Assembly (NCBI GenBank): GCA_016748015.1
Contig: JAAOMT010000594.1
Span: 62,001 to 126,000 of the forward strand
Direction: 5' to 3'
Length of the DNA stretch: 64,000 nt
Origin: Geosiphon pyriformis uo1
Taxonomy: Eukaryota > Fungi > Glomeromycota
Shown piece by piece: positions 57,616 to 64,000 of this stretch (position 1 is the first letter of the stretch; the number at the start of each line of letters is the position of its first letter). Made by a program: the position numbers and the translations under genes. The notes below the pieces were generated by a model, which ran no database searches, was not told where the DNA came from, and saw nothing but the letters and a program-made list of their open reading frames with translations.

Positions 57616-58350
57616 ATGGACCTTTCAGATCAAATTTTAAAATTATCTAAACAATTATTTGAAACAATTCAAAAATCGACATCTCAAATAGAAATAACAA
57701 TTAATAAAAAAGAGATATGGTACAAAGATAAAAGCAGAAGAGGGGAGAACAAGAGTTCAATTAGAACTAAATGTTCCTTCCCCTACCCACTACCCAAAAG
57801 ACAATGTTGGAGAAAAAATTGCCTTCGGGTGGAAGATGGAAAAGAAAGAGGCAAAGAACGAGAAAAAGATTACAAAAGAAGATACTTGGTCTCCGAGCTT
57901 GAAAAAATAAAAGAAGCTTTAGCTCATAGGACCAAACTCTCTAAAACAGGGGAGTGGACACCTAACAATGCCCAGAAATGGAAAAAAAGACTTCCCCCAG
58001 CTTATTGATTCTACAAAATTGGAAAACAGTTTGACTTGAAAACACTATATGAAGACTTCAGCCAGAAAACGTTCAACAAAGAAGCAATACAACAAGTAGA
58101 AAAATTCATAGGGAAAAACAACCTGACCCTATATTACAAAGCAGCATACTGACTATATGCCGCCTTCCAACATTGCCCAAATGTGCTATTGAACGGATCT
58201 ATGAAAACCATAATGGTTAACAACATAGGATGAATAACCAATCAACAGTTCAAAGACCTACAAAAGGCAATACTCAAGGCAACAATTGAATATTACATAA
58301 ACAAAGCCATGATAACAGATACATACAGTTTCGCAGGAGCTCAATTTTAA
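57616..58350 (+). pseudogene. Gypsy-B ORF3 (unknown function, ~244 aa, three in-frame TGA stops)
   Basis: ORF 57616-58008 continues in frame through TGA codons to ...FAGAQF* directly before the PPT. Confidence 0.72.
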
Positions 58351-58364
58351 AAAGAGAGGGATAA

Positions 58365-59425
58365 TGTTACCTGAGTAGAAAAACCGATCCAAAGTTATGA
58401 AAAAACATGACCAAAATGTAACATAACACAGAATAATGTGCAATAATATTGGATAACGCATTATAACATAGGATAATATGTTATAACGCAGGATAACACA
58501 GAATAGTGCGCAATAATGTAGGATAACATATTATAATGCAGGATAACACAGAATAACATGTAATAATGTCAGATAATGTGTTATAACATAGAATAACTAG
58601 CGATAACATAGAAAAACGAAGCAATAACAGAAACAACAAAGCAATAGCTAACGATAGTAAGACAATTGAAAGCAATCCTGTAAAACCAAAAGAATATATA
58701 AAAGCAAGTAGTTGTAGAAGTGAGAAAAGACAGACAAATAGATACGAACCTCTAGACAAGAATTAAATATCCATACCCCTTTATCCTTTATTATCTTCTC
58801 TATTTCATCTCCTGAAATAAACCAATTATTAAAAAAAAATCAGAATCACGAATTTATGTTCTTGAACTTTGTGGAATTTATGTGAATTAACCCTTGTCTT
58901 GTACCTCCATTCTAGGACAGATGCTTTTAGCATAACTGCCTCAAACCTATTAATAATTTGGACCAATTGCTTTTGATCATGGTAATTGACGATACTAATT
59001 TATCTTTTTTTTCTTTTTTTTTTTTTTCTGTCTTATTTTTGTGGAGCAACAACATAGTAAAATCAACTGTCTGGGAATAGACTTTGTGATAGCCTGGTAA
59101 AAAAGGGAAGCTCCTCCTAAGTTTTGGATATTAACATTATCTTGTTAGCTTACCAAAAGGGTGAAAAAACAATGCCAGACTTTAATGACTGTGCTTGTTA
59201 GCTCGGAGAAGAAAGCTCATATTTATGAAAAACATTGCAATCAACAAAAGACAAACTCTGTGCCTTATAACCAAAGAACTCAACGGGTAAATTCACATCC
59301 AGAAATAGACCTTCAGAGACTGATAATCAAGACTAAGCCAACAGAATTACACGGAAGACACATCATCTATAATTGAGAGCACCAAACATTACTATTTCCT
59401 ATACCCACCAAGTTTACCCATAACA
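58365..59425 (+). repeat. Gypsy-B 3' LTR
   Basis: Direct repeat of the 5' LTR; preceded by PPT aaaaagagagggataa. Confidence 0.95.
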
Positions 59426-62400
59426 CCGTCTGGTATTCCTTGTCATTACCACAGCATGCACCCATTGACAACAATTTCTTGCCGCAATTAATGCATATGA
59501 GCTTTGGTTGGCGATAGCTCAATAATTGTGATAATGTATTTATATAAGGAGTGTAACTGGCAGTTAGTAGTGGCTCTTCTTCCTTCACTTTTTCTTTTCC
59601 TTTTTCTCTCTTATCCCATTTCCAACTTAGTAATTCTTCTAAATCATGGTTGGTGTTTCAGGCTTGGTTGGCATTCCAGATAAGTTCTGTTCTCTTCTGT
59701 TTTCCTTTGCCATTGTCGTCTCATGAGAGTATTGGTGGCAGCTCATTGTGTTCTTCATTGGCCCATGAAACTTAATACACTTCCCAGGTAGGTTTTGGTT
59801 TTTCTTTTTTAAAGTCAATTAGTGGTGCTGTGGTGTTGGTAGCTTTGAAGTGATCACATGTTGCTGGTACTTGCATGTGTTGATCATTTTGGCTGAGTAC
59901 TAGTTTTTGAGTCATTTAATCAAGCATGGCGTTGGTTTTGAATAGCCAGTCATTACCAACTAAAGCTTGGTATTGGGTGGCTTCTATTACCAGAACTTTG
60001 ATGAGTACTACAATGCTATTGACTTCAATTGGGAAGTCATTAATTTCGCCAATTGGGGTTTTGGTGGCTCCATCCATGGTGATAATTCTGGCGTTGGCAG
60101 TGTGATCAACTTAGTAACCTAATTGATCCATGAATTGTCATGTAATAATGCTGCCTGCTGATCTACTGTTAAGGATTAATTTGATGGAATGGCCATCAAT
60201 CTTGGCATCAGTGTACATGGCCGTCATCAGTTTCTCTTCAAGTGCTGCTCTACTAAATAATGGCATATCTAATGGTTCCTCGAATTTGAATGGAAAGATG
60301 GCATCCAAAAATTCATTTTTGGTGATTGTAGCAGATAGGATATTATTGGTAGGTGGTTGTTGTTGTTCAATTTCCTGATTGCTAAATGTGGTGTCTTCTG
60401 GAATCACCAGAAGGCTTAAATAGTATTGGGAATTCAGGTTTTGGGTGGGACCGGTATCCAAATTCTGCTGATGAGATCCTAATTGTTGGTGGGAAGAGCT
60501 GGGGATTGGTTAATGTACAACTATCCCCAATCTCCAGTTTTGGGTGATCCTCGATCTTGGGTTCCCTGATGTCATTTGAGCTGGGTTTGCTGGTGGTGTT
60601 TGAATGGTGGGTGTTTGATAAATTGCTGGTGGCTGCAGTTAATATATTACTTGTAACTGTACCTGATAAATTGTTTGTGGCTGTGGTTGATAAACTGGCA
60701 GTTGATAAATTGGTTGGTGCATCATAGGCAGGTAAGTGAGTTGGTATTGGTCTTGATTTGGTTGATGGTTCGGAGTCTGGAACTGACAATCAGAGTTTCT
60801 ATATTGATTTCCCGATCATGAATTGCTATAAGTATGACAGTTGGCTTTGATGTGCCCTTGTTTACCACAGTTGTGGCAGACATGTATCTCTGGCTGCCAC
60901 GACTGATTGGATAATGATGATGGATGTGACTGATTTTGGAAACAATTTGCATTTCCCTGATTGTTATGCCATTGAGAAAGTTGATAAATTATGCGATTGT
61001 TAGCTAAGTATTCCTCTAATTTCTGATTAATTGAATCACTGAATTGCTTCAATTTGAAATCCAATTCAGATGATCTATTCATTGCTAGATTTACAGCTTG
61101 AGCATAATTAGCTTCTAGTTCAGCTGTTCTAAAATCTTTGGCATAGGTGACTGTAGTTGGAAGATTCACTGGATGCATTGGATGTACTTGTTGTAGGATG
61201 CTACTGTGCAATCCTCTAATAAATTAATTTAAAATCTGTGGCACTGTAAAATAGTTGGCTTGGATGGCTTGTATTTGGCGTAGATTTCTATAAAAGCATT
61301 CCAAGTAGATAGTAACTGCTTCAGTGTCTTCTTGTCTAATAGTTGTAAAGGTGTTGGCTAATTTGTTGATACTATTATTGTTGTTAAAGTACTGCAAAAA
61401 TTCAGTTTTGAATCCATTAAAATTTTGGGATTTGACAGCAAGGCTTTGATACCATGCATCAGTAGTATCCTGGAGAAAATAAGGGATTACTTGTATTGCT
61501 CTAGCATCATTCCAATTATTGACTGTAATGGCTTTGGCTATGTCATTTAACCAAACTTGGGTGTCATCTTTTTTACCATTGAATTTGTCGAGTTTTGTGA
61601 TAGGTGCATAAGCCATTTGTTGTTGCTGTGGTGATAGAAATTGTTGTTGTTGTTGTTGAGACAGTACTGGTGGTGGTTGTTAATTTTGTTGGTTCAGTAG
61701 TTGGATGGGCTGGCCAATTGGTTCAATGGGTGGTTGATTGATGACAATAACTGAAGATAAGTGTTGATTAATTACTTTGGAATTTAGATTGTTCTGATTT
61801 GGTAGGGTTTGAATATTTGGAGTGTTTTTTTTCTGATTGTCCAAATTTGACTAGGTTTGAAAGTTTGGAGTTTCAATTTCTGGGTTTTTTAGGATTGGGT
61901 TTTGGTAAGTAAATTCTTAATCCTCAGATTCTTCTTCCTCTTTTACTTCTTGTTCTCTTTCCAATTCAGTAATTTTCCAAGGACTCACAATTCCGAAATT
62001 CAGTTGAGGTGGCAGTGATTGAAATCCTAATGGCATCAGCAATTGAGATTTAAATTCTTCAAAATACTCATTGTATAGTTCTAATAGATCTTCTTTCCTT
62101 TGTTTACTTTGGAATGGGAAATGTCCAAATACTGATGTTGCATTTGATGTGGACACATCTGTTGATGATATATTGATGGCACTTCCAGGGGTATAGTGGT
62201 AAGATGGGTTGTTTGGAGACTTAACTCTAGTTTTCTTCCAAGTGGGTGGTTGTATCCTTTGAGGTGTTACTGCTGGTGTTTGTAGTTTTTTTTTGCCTTT
62301 ATTTGTGTAAGTAATTGGGTATCTTTGCTGTGTGTGGTGTTTAATTTCTTTGTTGATTTTAGTGATGATGGATGCAAAATTATGATTTGTGAGTAGGCTG

Positions 62401-62676
62401 GTGTTTTGAATTAATTCATTGTAAAAAGTTTCTTTTACTGATTCAATATTTACAGATGTTCCCAACAGATAGGCAATTTTTTCATTAACGTAGAAATTGA
62501 AAGCTGATTCTGCTGATATGTGATTATGGATTAATTCCAAATGTTGACAGTAATGTTAAAAAAAGAATTTCGCAAATTCTAGATGATTTGCTCTGACGTT
62601 TTCTGATTCTGTCACTTTTGGATGGGGTTGTTGGTACTGGTTCTCTGTAAGATTATACCTCATAGGAAGCACCAAA

Positions 62677-63524
62677 TGTTATAGGTGACTATTTCTGGTG
62701 TTGGATTAAATAACAAAACCTGTAACTTGGTGCTAAAAGTTATTCACATTGATGTTAATAATTTGAAGGTTTTGTATCTGAAAGTTTTGGTTTGAGTTCT
62801 TTGTATAATGAACAGAAATTCAATAGTTGTTTTATTCATAGCTTCCCAGAATCGCAATTTTGTTAATTTTTCTTTTGGCGTGATGGCCAGCAATCCTCTA
62901 GTAAGTATTCTGTATCTTCTGTACATGTCCTACCCTCTCACAAGGGTCTTTTACCAGACAATCCTTGACATTAGTAATCTAGCACTTTATTCAACCAATT
63001 AGTGCACAACAATAAAATCAAAAATCAAAATAAAGAAAAGAAATAAAAAAAAATAATGAATAAGCCAAGGCAGTTTTGCAAGTTAGTATCCTGTCGATAG
63101 CCATGATCAAGAGCTATTGTTCTAGTGTGTTTAAGTATCAATTACTATCAACATGAAGTGTTGATAGTGGAATTAGGTTTGAGATACCAAATGGTTATTT
63201 ATTGTGTTTGAAAGGTTGTCTAGATGAAATCTAAACTGGAAGGTCTATCTTTTTAGCTTTTAATCCTACTGCTATATATACATAATTGAGATTCCTCAAT
63301 TCCTCAATTCTTCACAACAGGAATCCTGAGATTCCTGGAATTCTGTAATTTCTTTGAGAGGAATCCTGGAATTCTGGAATTCTGCAATTCCTTGTGAGAA
63401 TCCTATAATTTCTGGAATCTTGCAATTTCTAAGAGAAATCCTGGAATTCCACATTTTACTATGTCTATTTCTGATTGGTTAATAACTATGCTAATATATA
63501 TTTCCTATATTTCTATGAGTAACA
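62677..63524 (-). repeat. Gypsy-A 5' LTR
   Basis: Direct repeat of 43203-44047; followed on the minus strand by the PBS. Confidence 0.95.
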
Positions 63525-63528
63525 CTGA

Positions 63529-64000
63529 CAAAATCATATGAGAGAAAGAACTACCAGCAACCTGGGCCCAAGTTTTCCCACCAAAAGAAACTGGACAAAC
63601 AATTGGCACCTGTTTTTTTTATATATATTGGCCAAATAGATCTGATCCTGAGAAGTTACCACCCACTTACCATAAGCACCAGAATTCTTACCCAAAAAAC
63701 ACACTGTAGAGATATAACCAAACTGTTTACAATAAGCACAATAGGTTAAAGAAAAACCAGCCCAGCATAAATTCACACTCTTAAACACTGGAGTAGAATC
63801 AATAGCAGTCAATTTAGATGTTTCATCAACAAAGCACACAATCACACATCTATCATGCACATATAAACTGGGATTATGTCCAATGAAACAGGTTTTCCCA
63901 CCATATGATTCAAACAAATTAGAGAGATCATGAGCTGTAGTACCAGCTGGAAGAGTATAAAGTAAAGCCCAATGTAAATCTCTAGAAACCCATGATTGTT
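63529..64000 (-). mobile_element. LINE 4, continuation (ORF1), runs off the right edge
   Basis: ORF 63534-63917 (GGKTCFI...CAYCKQFGYISTVC) is homologous to LINE 1 ORF1 around 21330-21680. Confidence 0.88.

Larger units (their letters stand above)
49245..59425 (+). mobile_element. Gypsy-B LTR retrotransposon (10.2 kb), nested antisense in the Cys-rich region of Gypsy-A
   Basis: LTRs 49245-50308 and 58365-59425 (TG...CA); TSD CCAT/CCGT; PBS TGGTGCTCCCTGTAAGG 50311-50327; PPT 58349-58364; gag with CYYCQKPGHIAHDC, ILDSGSA protease, dUTPase, RT (YLDN), RNase H, integrase. Confidence 0.96.
43203..63524 (-). mobile_element. Gypsy-A LTR retrotransposon (~10.1 kb without the nested Gypsy-B), inserted in LINE 4 ORF1
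   Basis: LTRs 62677-63524 (5') and 43203-44047 (3') with TG...CA ends; perfect TSD CTGA (43199-43202 / 63525-63528); PBS 62658-62674; PPT 44048-44062; gag, CCHC, protease, dUTPase, RT (YLND), RNase H and integrase remnants. Confidence 0.95.

Overview
Eukaryotic, intron-rich fungal genomic DNA; the gene and transposon style resembles Glomeromycota (e.g. Geosiphon/Ambispora-like), which is an inference. A compact four-gene island (8.4-18.9 kb) holds dynamitin/DCTN2 (-), PRP43 (+), SF3A1/PRP21 (+, with a U12-type minor intron) and UCH37/UCHL5 (-, with a GC-AG intron). It is surrounded by transposon remains. Left: a decayed LTR and a heavily C>T/G>A-eroded Gypsy relic. Right: four RNase H-bearing LINEs, very AT-rich spacers, a solo LTR and a triple nest (LINE <- Gypsy-A 43203-63524 <- Gypsy-B 49245-59425, each Gypsy with a 4-bp TSD). 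The most unusual system is the Gypsy lineage. Both diverged families share the layout gag-protease-Cys-rich domain-dUTPase-RT-RNaseH-STOP, then a separately initiated integrase ORF, then a conserved unknown ORF3 in the env position. Their otherwise dissimilar LTRs share a stem-loop with a palindromic (TGATCA) kissing-loop-like loop. All TE copies are inactivated by transition mutations.
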